64,000 nt of DNA from Paracoccaceae bacterium (GTDB lineage: Bacteria; Pseudomonadota; Alphaproteobacteria; Rhodobacterales; Rhodobacteraceae). Below the pieces are notes generated by a model that worked only from the letters and a program-made list of their open reading frames with translations, was not told where the DNA came from and did not search any database. This document shows, one piece after another, positions 37,838-49,100 of this stretch (position 1 is its first letter; each line of letters starts with the position of its first letter). The DNA lies in assembly GCA_011389685.1 (NCBI GenBank), contig JAABTV010000008.1, positions 2,823 to 66,822 of the forward strand, read 5' to 3'. The position numbers were made by a program, and so were the translations under genes.

Positions 37838-39010
37838 TCAGCCGCCCTTCTTGACGCGGTTCCACATCGCGCCCTGCTTCTTCTCCTGCGGGTTCCAGGT
37901 TTGCGGGTCGCGGAACACGAGCGCTTCGAGCTTGCCGGTGGGGTCGAAGGCGGGCAGGTTCGTCACCTCTTCGGGCATGTCGACCTTGGTCGGGTCGAGC
38001 GAGGAGGGGTATTTCTGCCCCGCCGCCACCGCGATCGCCGTCTCGGGTTCGAGCATGAAGTTCAGGAGTTCCTCGGCCTCGGCCAGCGGCGAGCCCTTGA
38101 GCACGAACATCGATTCCATCCATGCCAGCCCGTTCGGCGGGTCCATGTAGGCGATCGGATGCCCCTGCGCCTGAAGTGCCGCAACCCGGCCCGACCAGGC
38201 TTCGGTCACCCAGATCTCTTCCTTGGCGAGAAGGTCCATCAGTTCCGCGCCCGAGCCCCAGTATTTCAGCACCAGTTCGCGATGCTCGCGCGCCTTCTCC
38301 CAGACCGCATCCCAGTCCTCGATATTGTTCGGATCCTGCCCCGATTGCAGCGCGCCATACCATGCCCGGTTGGCCCAGTCGCCGCCCCAGCCGCCGATCT
38401 TGCCCTTGAGCTCCTTGTCGAGCAGCAGGTCGGCGCCCAGCTCCATCGCCTTTTCCTTGCTGACATGCTTGGTGTTGTAGGCGATGCCGGTGGTGCCGTA
38501 ATCGTAGGGCACCGCCGAAAGGCCCTCGGGCGTGATCGCGCGGAACGGCTCGATCATCGTGGTCATCACGTTCTTGAGGTTGGGGATGTTGTCCTCGTTC
38601 AGGACCACGTGATAGCCATTGTCGACCCAGCGCTTGTACCAGCTTACCCCAGAGCTATGCAGGATGTTGTGACCCGACGTGCTGCCCGCCGCCTTGATCT
38701 TGGTCAGAACCTCGTTCTCACCGCCGAAGGTGGCATCGATCACGGTGTTGCCGGTGGCGGCTTCGTAAGGGTCGAACGCATGCTTGCGCAGCGCCTCGGA
38801 GACGACGCCGCCCCAGCCCTCGAAATGCAGCTCGACACCGGCGGCGCGCGCCTGCCCGGCCATCGCCGTCATGATCCCGCCCGAAAGCCCGGCGGTGATC
38901 CCCGCCGATCCGAGCAGGCCAAAGAAGGTGCGGCGATCCACATCGCCATTGCCCACCGCCTCGCGCAGCTTTTCATAGCGTTTCGTGCTGTCCATTTTCC
39001 TGGTCATCAT
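37838..39010 (-). CDS. PotD-like extracellular solute-binding protein with Tat signal
   Basis: DRRTFFG twin-arginine leader; PYDYGTTGIAYN, AWSGR. Confidence 0.9.
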   Translation of the reverse strand: MMTRKMDSTKRYEKLREAVGNGDVDRRTFFGLLGSAGITAGLSGGIMTAMAGQARAAGVELHFEGWGGVVSEALRKHAFDPYEAATGNTVIDATFGGENEVLTKIKAAGSTSGHNILHSSGVSWYKRWVDNGYHVVLNEDNIPNLKNVMTTMIEPFRAITPEGLSAVPYDYGTTGIAYNTKHVSKEKAMELGADLLLDKELKGKIGGWGGDWANRAWYGALQSGQDPNNIEDWDAVWEKAREHRELVLKYWGSGAELMDLLAKEEIWVTEAWSGRVAALQAQGHPIAYMDPPNGLAWMESMFVLKGSPLAEAEELLNFMLEPETAIAVAAGQKYPSSLDPTKVDMPEEVTNLPAFDPTGKLEALVFRDPQTWNPQEKKQGAMWNRVKKGG

Positions 39011-39057
39011 TCTCTCCTTGTTGGTGGTTTATCGTTGGTCGTTCGTTGTCGGTCGGG

Positions 39058-39843
39058 TCATACTTTCCTGCGTGAGAAATAGCGCGCCAGCCCACCCGCC
39101 AGGAGCGGCACGCCCACCGTGATGCAGATCATCACGAATCCCAGCGCGTTGATTTCGGGGCTGACCGAATGGCGCAGCATCCCGAAAATCTGAGTCGGCA
39201 CCGTCTCCATTCCGGACGGGCGCCAGAAGATCGTCGCGGTGATGTTATCGAACGAGATGGTAAAGGCAAACAGCGCCCCGGCAAAGATCGCCGGCAACAA
39301 CAGCGGGAATGTCACCGAAAAGAAGGTTTGCACCGGGCTGGCCCCCAGTGATCGCGCTGCTTCCTCGTATTCGCGGCGGATTCCCACCAGACGGGCCTGC
39401 ACCACCAGCACCACGAAGGGCAGCGCGATGATCGAATGGCCCAGCAGCAACAGGGTGAAACTGCGCGGCATGTGCAGCCAGCGCAGGAAGATCAGCAGCC
39501 CCACCGCCAGCACCGTTTCGGGCACCAGCACCGGCGAGATCAGGAAGGTCGTGACCCAGTCCTTGCCGCGAAACTGGTAACGCACCAGCGCCAGCGCGGC
39601 CAGGATCCCGACCGTCGTGGCCACCGCCGCGGTCATCAGCCCGAGGATAAACGAGGTGCGAAACGCCCGCATGATCGCCTCGTTCTCGAAAAGCTCGGCG
39701 AACCAGCGCAGGCTCAGCCCGTCGATCGGGAAGCCGCCGAATTGCGAATTGTTGAAGGCCAGCAGCAGCACCACCGCGATCGGTGCGAACATGAAGGTGT
39801 AGACGAGGATCGTGTAGAACCGGATGAAGGCCCATGCGCTCAT
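39058..39843 (-). CDS. PotC-like ABC permease
   Basis: EEAARSLGA EAA loop; SPEINAL. Confidence 0.92.
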   Translation of the reverse strand: MSAWAFIRFYTILVYTFMFAPIAVVLLLAFNNSQFGGFPIDGLSLRWFAELFENEAIMRAFRTSFILGLMTAAVATTVGILAALALVRYQFRGKDWVTTFLISPVLVPETVLAVGLLIFLRWLHMPRSFTLLLLGHSIIALPFVVLVVQARLVGIRREYEEAARSLGASPVQTFFSVTFPLLLPAIFAGALFAFTISFDNITATIFWRPSGMETVPTQIFGMLRHSVSPEINALGFVMICITVGVPLLAGGLARYFSRRKV

Positions 39844-39856
39844 GTCCGTTTCCCCC

Positions 39857-40729
39857 TCACCCGAATGCCTTGGACAACTGGTTGAGCCCCATGAACCGGC
39901 TGTAGAGGATCACCACGGACCCCAGCAGCACCAGGAGCGTGAAGGAAAGCGTCGCCCCCATCGGCCAGTTGAGCTCTGTCACCACCGCATCGTAGATCAG
40001 GTTGCCGAAGAGGAAATCGCTCGGCCCGCCCAGGATCAGCGGGGTCACATACGATCCCCCGGTCAGCACGAAGACCAGCAGGCTCCCCGCGGCCAGCCCG
40101 GGCAGCGACAGCGGCAGGGTCACCTCGCGAAACGCCTGCCACGGCGTCGCCCCGAGCGTGCGCGCCGCCGGTTCCAGGTTCCGGTCGATGCCTTCGAGGC
40201 TCACATAGATATTGAGGATCATGTAGGGCAGGAACACGTGGATCAGCCCCACCATGACCGAGAATTCGCTGAACATCATCTGCAGCGGCTCATCGGTCAG
40301 TCCCAGCCACAGGAACAACCCGTTGAGCGCGCCCTGGTTGCCGAGGATGTGGATCCAGCTCAGCGTGCGGATGATGAAGCTGACCCAGAATGGCAGGATC
40401 AGCAGCAGCAGGAGCAGCCATTTGTGCCGGAACGTGGTCATCGCGATGAAATAGGCCGGCAGATAGCCCAGGACCGCCGCCAGAACCGTCACCACGACCG
40501 AGATGCGCAGCGTTTTCCAGATCGCGCTGTGATAGTAATTGTCGCTGAAAAGCGCCTGCCAGTTGCCGAACTGGAAGGCGACGCGGTCAACGGCGAGGTC
40601 GACATTCTCGTAAAAGGAATAGACGAGGATGAACGACATCGGGATCACGACAAGCGCCGTGATCGCGATGAACGCCGGGGTCAGCAGCACCAGCGGCCGC
40701 TTGTCGATCGGGGTGGCGGTGTCGGGCAT
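39857..40729 (-). CDS. PotB-like ABC permease
   Basis: LPFWVSFIIR, AARTLGA, NWPMGA. Confidence 0.92.
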   Translation of the reverse strand: MPDTATPIDKRPLVLLTPAFIAITALVVIPMSFILVYSFYENVDLAVDRVAFQFGNWQALFSDNYYHSAIWKTLRISVVVTVLAAVLGYLPAYFIAMTTFRHKWLLLLLLILPFWVSFIIRTLSWIHILGNQGALNGLFLWLGLTDEPLQMMFSEFSVMVGLIHVFLPYMILNIYVSLEGIDRNLEPAARTLGATPWQAFREVTLPLSLPGLAAGSLLVFVLTGGSYVTPLILGGPSDFLFGNLIYDAVVTELNWPMGATLSFTLLVLLGSVVILYSRFMGLNQLSKAFG

Positions 40730-40805
40730 TACGTCCGTTTGCGTTTGGATTCTCTGTTAGAAAACGGTTGCATGCTGTCGAAAATTGCCCAAATTGATAA
40801 TCCTT

Positions 40806-41789
40806 ATGGAACACATCAATTCAATCAATACTGAACAACAGCCCGACCGTTTCACCGCCAATCTGGACTGGAACCTGTTGCGCACCTTCATCGTGATTGT
40901 CGAAGAAGGCTCGATCACCCGCGCCGCCCATCGCCTGTTGCGCGGCCAGCCCGCGATCAGCCTCGCGCTGCAACGGCTGGAGCAGGAATTCGGCACGAGG
41001 CTGATCGATCGCGGGCGCGGCCATTTCGCGCTCACCGCCGCCGGGCGGGCGCTCTATCGCGAATGTCTCGACATCCATGCCGGGATCGCCAAGCTGCGCG
41101 AGGCCACCTCGCTGGCCCAGTCCGAGATTTCCGGCCATGTCACCATTGCGCTGGCCAGCCATGTCATCACGCCGCTGCTCGACGATCTGCTGGGGCGCAC
41201 CTACCGCGCCCATCCGCGCGTGACCTACCGGATTCACTCGGCCACCTCGGCCAACGTGGCCGCCGCCGTGCAGGACCGCACCGCCAGTTTCGGGATCTGC
41301 CTGGTGAACCGGCGCTTTCCCGATCTCGATTACGGGCGGCTCTACCGCGAATTCTTCGGCTTCTATTGCGGCCCGTCGCACCCGCTTTTCGGGCGTGACG
41401 GACTCGGCATCGAGGCGCTCAAGGGGCTGGATGCGGTGTCGTTCGAAACCGACGATCTCAACGATGCGCTGCGCCCGGTGGCGCTTCTGCGGCGGCAATA
41501 CGAGCTTGATCAGCGCATCGTCGGGCGCTCCTCGCATCTCGAGGAAGTGCGCCGCATGATCCAGTGCGGCCTCGGCATCGGTGCGCTGCCGGTTCATGTC
41601 GTGCAGCCCGATGTCGAACAGGGCCGGCTGTGGCGCCTGCCGCCCTATGACGACCCGCCCGCGGTCGATATCTTCCTGCTGACCAACCCGCGCAAGCGGC
41701 TCAACCGCGCCGAAAAGCTGATGATCGACGCGCTGCAGGACGCGATCTCGTCCCGCCCGCTGGCCGAACGCACCTATCCGTCGGCCTGA
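40806..41789 (+). CDS. LysR family regulator divergent from the ABC operon
   Basis: LDWNLLRTF...GSITRAA...QPAISLALQRLE; start uncertain (40785-40806). Confidence 0.92.
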   Translation: MEHINSINTEQQPDRFTANLDWNLLRTFIVIVEEGSITRAAHRLLRGQPAISLALQRLEQEFGTRLIDRGRGHFALTAAGRALYRECLDIHAGIAKLREATSLAQSEISGHVTIALASHVITPLLDDLLGRTYRAHPRVTYRIHSATSANVAAAVQDRTASFGICLVNRRFPDLDYGRLYREFFGFYCGPSHPLFGRDGLGIEALKGLDAVSFETDDLNDALRPVALLRRQYELDQRIVGRSSHLEEVRRMIQCGLGIGALPVHVVQPDVEQGRLWRLPPYDDPPAVDIFLLTNPRKRLNRAEKLMIDALQDAISSRPLAERTYPSA

Positions 41790-41814
41790 CCCCGTGCGCC
41801 TGTCCCCGTGCGCC

Positions 41815-42324
41815 TCACTCGGCCGCGTCGCGGCGCGGCAAGACCCAGCCGGGGCGCGGGAAGTGGCAGGTATACCCGCCCGGATAGCGCGCGAGGTAGT
41901 CCTGGTGCTCGGGCTCGGCCTCCCAGAAATCGCCGACCGGTTTCAATTCGGTCACCACCGGCCCGGGCCACAGCCCGCTGGCCTCGACATCGGCGATGGT
42001 GTCCTCGGCCACCCGCCTCTGGTCGTCATCCACGTAATAGATGCCCGAGCGGTAACTCATCCCGATATCGTTGCCCTGCCGGTTCGGCGTGGTCGGGTCG
42101 TGGATCTGGAAAAACACCTCCAGCACCTGCCGGAAACTCAACACCTCGGGGTCAAAGATCACCTCGATCCCTTCGGCATGGGTGCCGTGATTGCGATAGG
42201 TCGCATTGGGCACATCGCCGCCGGTATAGCCCACCCGCGTGCGCAACACCCCGGGCAGCTTGCGGATCAGATCCTGCATGCCCCAGAAACAGCCACCCGC
42301 CAGAACCGCGCGTTCCTCGCTCAT
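41815..42324 (-). CDS. msrA: Peptide-methionine (S)-S-oxide reductase
   Basis: [19 protein letters not shown]. Confidence 0.96.
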   Translation of the reverse strand: MSEERAVLAGGCFWGMQDLIRKLPGVLRTRVGYTGGDVPNATYRNHGTHAEGIEVIFDPEVLSFRQVLEVFFQIHDPTTPNRQGNDIGMSYRSGIYYVDDDQRRVAEDTIADVEASGLWPGPVVTELKPVGDFWEAEPEHQDYLARYPGGYTCHFPRPGWVLPRRDAAE

Positions 42325-42327
42325 CGT

Positions 42328-42768
42328 TCAGCCCTCCACCTGATCAAGATATTCGCCATAGCCTTCCGCCACCATCCGCTCCTTGGGAACGAACTGCAAG
42401 GCGGCCGAGTTGATGCAATAGCGCAAGCCCCCCAACTCGGGCGGTCCATCCGGGAACACGTGCCCGAGATGCGAGTCGCCATGTTTCGAACGCACCTCGG
42501 TGCGCACCATCCCGAGCGACGCGTCGCGCAGCTCGACGATATGGCCCGCCTCGACCGGCTTGGCGAAGGCCGGCCAGCCACAGCCCGAATCGTATTTCAT
42601 GGAACTGGCGAAAAGCGGCTCGCCCGACACCACGTCGACATAGAGCCCCGGCGCGAAATGCCGGTCATATTCGCCGGTATGGGGCCGCTCGGTCCCGCTC
42701 TCCTGTGTGACCCGGTATTGCTCGGGCGTCAGCCGCGCCAGCGCCGCGTCGCTCTTTTCATATGCCAT
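42328..42768 (-). CDS. msrB: Peptide-methionine (R)-S-oxide reductase
   Basis: [24 protein letters not shown]. Confidence 0.96.
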   Translation of the reverse strand: MAYEKSDAALARLTPEQYRVTQESGTERPHTGEYDRHFAPGLYVDVVSGEPLFASSMKYDSGCGWPAFAKPVEAGHIVELRDASLGMVRTEVRSKHGDSHLGHVFPDGPPELGGLRYCINSAALQFVPKERMVAEGYGEYLDQVEG

Positions 42769-42938
42769 CTCTTCCCCTCGCGCTTGTTCAACTCAAAGAT
42801 GGGGCACCGGGATGGCGCATTTCAAGAACCCGGTGACGGATTGTCATCACAAGTGTGCCTGCCCCCGCATTCATCTTGCCAGAAATACTCAAGATTACAC
42901 CCGCGCCATCTGCGCCCCGTCCGAAGTGCCCGCCAACC

Positions 42939-44780
42939 TCACGGCACGCGGCGGAACCCGCCCTTGTCGGCGCTTTCGGCAAAGGCGGCATAGACCCGCA
43001 GCGCGGCCCCGATCACCCGTGACCTTGGCGCGGCGGGGGCCCAGCGGGCGCCCTCGGGCCGTGCCTCCATCTCGGCACGCCGCGCGGCCAGGTCCGCCGC
43101 GTCGATCAACAGCGACAGCCTGCGCCCCGGGATGTCCACCGCGATCCGGTCGCCGTCGCGCACAAGGCCGATCGCGCCGCCCGCCGCCGCCTCGGGCGAG
43201 ACATGACCGATCGAAAGCCCCGCCGTCGCGCCGGAAAACCGCCCGTCGGTGATGAGCGCGCATGTGTCGTCCACCTTCTGCGCCTTGAGGCTCATCGTCG
43301 GCTTCAGCATCTCCTGCATGCCCGGCCCGCCGCGCGGCCCCTCGTAGCGGATCACCACCGCCGTGCCGGGCGCGATCTCGCCGCCGTCGATGGCCGTCAG
43401 CGCCGCCTCCTGGTCGTCGAACACCCGCGCCACGCCTTCCCAGCGCAGCATCTGCGCCGGCACCGCGCCGGTCTTGACCACGCAGCCATCCGCCGCGATG
43501 TTGCCCTGCAGCACGGCCAGCCCGCCCTCTTGCGAATAGGCATGCTCCAGCGACCGGATGCAGCCCCTTTCGCGGTCGAGATCCATCTCCTGCCAGCGCA
43601 TCTCCTGCCCATAGGGCGTGATCGTGCGCCGCCCGCCCGGCGCCGCGCGGTAGTAAAGGCTCACCTCTTCATCGCCGCTCTGAACCACGTCCCATTTCGC
43701 CAGTTGTTCACGCAGGCTCACACCCGAAACCGTGCCGACGCCGTCATCGAGAAGCCCGGCGCGCTGCAACTCGCCCATGATCGCCATGATGCCGCCGGCG
43801 CGATGCACATCCTCCATGTAATAGTCGAATGTCGCGGGCGAGACCTTGCAGAGATATGGCACCTCGCGCGAAAGCCGGTCGATGTCGGCCATTGTGAAAT
43901 CCACCCCCGCCTCGGCCGCCATGGCCAGCATGTGCAGGATCGTGTTGGTCGATCCGCCCATCGCGATATCGACCTTCATCGCGTTCTCGAAGGCCGATTT
44001 GGTGGCGATGCTGCGTGGCAGCACGCTTGCGTCCTCGCCCTCGTAGAAGTCCCGCGCCAGATCGACCACCCGCCGCGCCGCGCGGGCGAACAGCCCCTTG
44101 CGGTCGGCATGTGTCGCCAGCAGCGAGCCATTGCCCGGCAGCGCCAGGCCGATCGCCTCGGCCAGGCAATTCATCGAATTGGCGGTGAACATTCCCGAAC
44201 ACGACCCGCAGGTCGGACAGGCATTTTCCTCGATCGCCTGTGCCGCCTCGCCCTGCTCGGGATCGAAGGCCGCCACATAGGCCATGATCGGATCGAGCCG
44301 CCTGACCTCGCCCTGACCGGGCAGGCGCCCCGCCTCCATCGGTCCGCCCGAGACATAGATCACCGGGATGTTGAGCCGCAGACCCGCCATCAGCATCCCC
44401 GGCGTGATCTTGTCACAGTTGGAGATGCAGATCAGCGCATCGGCGCGGTGCGCCTCGGTCATGTATTCGATGCTGTCCGCGATCAACTCGCGCGAGGGCA
44501 GGGAGTAGAGCATCCCGTCATGGCCCATCGCGATCCCGTCATCGACCGCGATGGTGTTGAATTCGCGCGGGATGCCGCCCGCGGCCCAGATTTCCTTGCA
44601 GACCAGCCGGCCCACCTCGGCCAGATGGACATGGCCGGGCACGAACTCGGTAAAGGAATTGGCCACCGCGATCACCGGCTTGCCGAAATCCGTCGCCTCC
44701 ACCCCGCCCGCCATCCAGAGCGAGCGCGCCGCCGCCGCGGTCTTGCCCTCGGTCACCAGCGCCGATCTGAGTTTCGCCAT
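42939..44780 (-). CDS. ilvD: Dihydroxy-acid dehydratase (IlvD/Edd family)
   Basis: [41 protein letters not shown]; start MAKLRS. Confidence 0.85.
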   Translation of the reverse strand: MAKLRSALVTEGKTAAAARSLWMAGGVEATDFGKPVIAVANSFTEFVPGHVHLAEVGRLVCKEIWAAGGIPREFNTIAVDDGIAMGHDGMLYSLPSRELIADSIEYMTEAHRADALICISNCDKITPGMLMAGLRLNIPVIYVSGGPMEAGRLPGQGEVRRLDPIMAYVAAFDPEQGEAAQAIEENACPTCGSCSGMFTANSMNCLAEAIGLALPGNGSLLATHADRKGLFARAARRVVDLARDFYEGEDASVLPRSIATKSAFENAMKVDIAMGGSTNTILHMLAMAAEAGVDFTMADIDRLSREVPYLCKVSPATFDYYMEDVHRAGGIMAIMGELQRAGLLDDGVGTVSGVSLREQLAKWDVVQSGDEEVSLYYRAAPGGRRTITPYGQEMRWQEMDLDRERGCIRSLEHAYSQEGGLAVLQGNIAADGCVVKTGAVPAQMLRWEGVARVFDDQEAALTAIDGGEIAPGTAVVIRYEGPRGGPGMQEMLKPTMSLKAQKVDDTCALITDGRFSGATAGLSIGHVSPEAAAGGAIGLVRDGDRIAVDIPGRRLSLLIDAADLAARRAEMEARPEGARWAPAAPRSRVIGAALRVYAAFAESADKGGFRRVP

Positions 44781-45048
44781 GATGTGCCCCCCGTCCTTTT
44801 CGCGGCCATGAAGCCATGCCCCATGCGCCAAGACAAGCCCCCGGGCCCCGGACGTGGGGTCGGTTCGCGACGCGGGCGGTTCCTGATGGTTTGCGGGTTC
44901 GGGTGATCCGGCAGGGTGCGTGCAACGTAAGCAGACGGCGAACACCAGTTCGTGAGCGGCGCGGAGGGAGTTGTGCTCTGCCGTCTTTGCGCCTTAAGCT
45001 TTGGCAACGTGCGCGTCGGCAACCTCAAAAGGAATTGGAAAACCCGGC

Positions 45049-46149
45049 ATGGCCTTGTGGAAACAGCTGGTGGTTCTGTGCCTTCTGGGGGCGTTTGGCT
45101 ATGGCGGATATGAAGGCTATCGGCAATACCTTGCGCCCGGAAAGGCCGCGCCGGTGCAGTCGGGCGGCGGGCCGCGCGTGGCGGCGATCGAGACCGCCCG
45201 AGCCGAGTTGCGGGTGTTGCGCGACACGGTCGAGGCGGTCGGCACGACGCGGGCGCGGCAATCGGTCGAGATCGTCCCCGAGGCCACCGGCCGGATCGAG
45301 GCGCTGAATTTCACCCCGGGCCAGAGCGTTGAGGCGGGCACGGTTCTCGCGCGGCTCGACGATACGATCGAGCGCGCCAACCTAGCCGAGATCAAGGCGC
45401 GTCTGCGCGAGCGTGAGCAGGCGGTCGAGCGGCTGACCCAGCTCAGGCGGACCAATGCGGTGGCCGAGGCCACGCTGGAAGAGGCGGTAGCGCGGCTGGC
45501 CGAGACAAGGGCGCAGATCGACCGCGCGACCCAGCGGCTTGACGATCGCACGATCCGGGCGCCCTTTGCCGGGATCGTCGGGCTGGCCGAGGTCGATGAG
45601 GGCGCGCGCGTGGCCGCGGGCCTGTCGATCACCCGGCTTGATGACCTTTCGGAGGTGGAGGTCGAGTTTTCGCTGCCCGAGACGCTGTTCGCGCGCATTC
45701 GTCAGGGCCAGACCATCAAGGCCACGAGCGCCGCGTTCGAGAACCGCCAGTTCGAGGGCCGGATCGAGGCGGTGGACAGCCGGATCGACCCGGTGAGCCG
45801 GGCCTTTCGGGTGCGCGCAGTCATCCCGAACCCCGAGGGCGTGCTGCCGGCGGGGATGTTCATGTCGCTGGAACTGACGCTGGGGCAGGCCGAGCATGTG
45901 GTGGTGCCGGAAGAGGCGATCATCTTTCAGGCCGCCGAAACCTATGTTTTCCGGGTCGAGGACGGGGTCGCCCGGCGGGTCACGGTGCAGACCGGGCAGC
46001 GGCGCGAGGGACGGGTTGCGATCCTGTCGGGCCTCGATGCGGGCGAAGCGGTGGTGGTGCGCGGCTTGCACCGGGTGCGCGACGGCGTCGCGGTCGAGGT
46101 CATCGGCGGCGGCGGCGAAGCGGCTGCCACGGGCGAGGTGAAATCGTGA
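45049..46149 (+). CDS. RND efflux periplasmic adaptor (MFP)
   Basis: N-terminal TM, coiled-coil hairpin, IRAPFAG, LPAGMF. Confidence 0.92.
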   Translation: MALWKQLVVLCLLGAFGYGGYEGYRQYLAPGKAAPVQSGGGPRVAAIETARAELRVLRDTVEAVGTTRARQSVEIVPEATGRIEALNFTPGQSVEAGTVLARLDDTIERANLAEIKARLREREQAVERLTQLRRTNAVAEATLEEAVARLAETRAQIDRATQRLDDRTIRAPFAGIVGLAEVDEGARVAAGLSITRLDDLSEVEVEFSLPETLFARIRQGQTIKATSAAFENRQFEGRIEAVDSRIDPVSRAFRVRAVIPNPEGVLPAGMFMSLELTLGQAEHVVVPEEAIIFQAAETYVFRVEDGVARRVTVQTGQRREGRVAILSGLDAGEAVVVRGLHRVRDGVAVEVIGGGGEAAATGEVKS

Positions 46150-49100
46150 CCCTTTCGGACATCTCGGTGCGCCGGCCGGTTCTGGCGGCGGTGGCGAGCC
46201 TCTTGCTGATCGTGTTTGGGCTGAGCGCGTTGCGCGACATCCCGATCCGCGAGCTGCCGGATGTGGACAATGCGGTGGTCACGATCACCACCACCTATCG
46301 CGGTGCGGCGCCGGAGGTGATCGACACCGATGTGACCGAGACCATCGAGGGAGCGGTTGCCTCGATCTCGGGGATACGCTCGATCAGTTCGGAAAGTCGG
46401 CAGGGTCGGTCACGGGTCACGATCGAGTTCGAGACCGGGCGCGATATCGACGTGGCCGCCAATGACGTGCGCGACGCGGTGGGACGGGTGCGCGCGCAAC
46501 TGCCGCAGGAGGCCGACCCGCCCGACGTGAAGAAGAGCGACGCCGATGCCGACCCGGTGATGCGGCTGGCGGTGACCTCGGACGGGATGACCACCGCCGA
46601 GATCACCGATTACGTGGATCGCTTCGTGGTCGATCGGCTGGCCACGCTGGATGGCGTTGCCAATATTGTCATTTACGGCGAGCGGTCCTTTGCGGTGCGC
46701 ATCTGGCTGGATCGGCGGGCGCTGGCCGCGCGCAAGTTGACCGTGGCGGACGTGGAGCGCGCCCTTGTGCGCAACAATATCGAGCTGCCCGCGGGCAAGG
46801 TGACGTCGCGCGACCGCGAGTTGACCGTGCGCTTGAACAGCCGGTTGCAGAGCATCGACGATTTCCGCGACGTGGTTCTCGACCGGGTGGCGGGATACCC
46901 GGTTCGGCTTGGCGATGTGGCGCGGGTCGAGGCGGGGGTGGCCGACGATTCGACCATCGCGCGCAGCGACGGGCGCGATGCGGTGGGCCTCGCGGTGCAG
47001 CGCCAGAGCCAGTCGAACACGCTTCAGATCTCCAACGCCGTGCGCGCCGAGATCGCCACGCTGCGCCCGACCCTGCCCGAGGGTATGGAGATCATGGTGG
47101 GCTCGGATGACGCGCTTTTCGTCGGGGCGTCGATCCGCGAGGTGGTGTTGGCGCTGATGATCTCGCTCGGGCTGGTGGTGCTGGTGATCCTGTTCTTCCT
47201 GCGCAGTCTGCGCGCCACGCTGATCCCGGCGATCACCATTCCGGTGTCGCTTCTGGGGTCGTTCATCCTGATCGGGGCCTGGGGGTTCTCGCTCAACACG
47301 CTGACGCTTCTGGCGCTGCTTCTGGCGATCGGGCTGGTGGTCGATGACGCGATCGTGGTGCTGGAGAACATCCAGCGCCGGATCGAGGAGGGCGAAACCC
47401 CGCTTGTGGCCAGTCTCAAGGGCGCGCGGCAGGTGACATTCGCGGTGCTGGCGACCTCGGTCACGCTGATTGCGGTGTTCGTGCCGCTGTCGTTCATGCC
47501 CGGACAGGTGGGGCGGCTGTTCATCGAGTTCGGCTGGGTGATGGCGGGCACGGTGGCGATTTCGACCTTCGTGGCGCTGACCGCCTGTCCGGCGCTGGCG
47601 TCGAAAGTGCTGAGCAAGGGCGCCGGTGCGGCGGCGCCGGCCGACGAGAGCGGGCTGCGCGGGCCGGTGCAGAAGTTTTACGCCGGGGTCTTGCGCCGGG
47701 CGGTGCGGATGCCGCTGGTGGTGATCGTGCTGGGCGGTGCGGTGACCGGCGGAGCGGTGCTGTTCTATGATGCGCTGCCGCGCGAGCTGGCCCCGCGGGA
47801 GGATCGCGGCGTCGGGTTCATCCCGCTGACCGCGCCCCAGGGCAGCACGCTTGAATATACCGACCGCGCCGCGCAGCAGGTCGAGGAGATTCTGCGCCCG
47901 ATGCGCGACGAGGGCGTGATCGAAACGGTGTTCACCTTTACCGGCTGGGGCAACCGGGCGTGGCGATCCTTTGTCGTCTTTCGCCTTGCGCCATGGGACG
48001 AGCGCGAGCAGTCGGCGTCGGACGTGGTGCGGCGGATCGCGCCGAAAATGGGCCAGTTGACGGCGGCGCGCGGCTTTCCGGTCACGCCGGCGGGGCTTGG
48101 CCTGCGCGGCAGTTCGACCCCGATCCGGGTGGTGGTGAGCGGGCCGGATTTCGACAGCGTCAAGGATTGGGCCAACGCGTTGCAGGAACGGGCCCGAGAG
48201 ATCGAGGGGCTGGCCAATCCCGAGATCAATTTCGAGCAGAACCTGCCGCAGCTCGACGTGCGGATCGACCGCGAACGGGCCGACGATCTGGGCATCAGCG
48301 TGGAGGTCATCGCCAACACGATGCAGACCATGCTGGCCTCGCGGCAGGCGACGCGGTTCATGACGCGGGGTCGGGAATACCCGGTCATCGTTCAGGCCGA
48401 GGAGCGTGACCGGCGCTCGCCCTCGGATATCGACAACATCTTCATCCGCTCGGGCGACGGGCAATCGCTGGTCCCGCTGGGCGCGCTGGTCACGGTGCAG
48501 GAGAATGCCGCGGCGCCGTCGCTGCGTCGGTTCGACCGGCTGCCCTCGATCCAGTTGTCGGGGGCGCTGGCGCCGGGCGCGGATCTGGGCAGTGTCCTCG
48601 CCCGGGTCGAGGCGGCGGCGGCCGAGATCATCCCGCCCAGTGGCAAGCTGGGCTATGAGGGCCAGTCGCGCACTTTCAAGGACACCTCCGCCGGGGCGGG
48701 GGTGGTGTTCGCGCTGTCGCTGCTCATCGTCTTCCTGGTGCTGTCGGCGCAGTTCGAGAGTTTCGTGCATCCGGTCACGATCCTGCTGACGGTGCCCACG
48801 GGGGTGGCGGGCGCGATCTATGCGATGGCGCTGGGGGGGTTGTCGCTCAATGTCTACAGCCAGATCGGGATCATCCTGCTGATCGGGCTGGTGGCCAAGA
48901 ACGGCATCCTGATCGTCGAGTTTGCCAATCAGCTGCGCGATCAGGGCAAGAGCGTGCGCGAGGCGGTGATCGTTGCGGCGGCGCTGCGGCTCAGGCCGAT
49001 CATGATGACCGTGCTGTCGACCGTTCTGGGCGCGCTGCCGCTGGTTCTGGCCACCGGGGCCGGGGCCGAGAGTCGCAACGCCATCGGCACGGTGATCATC

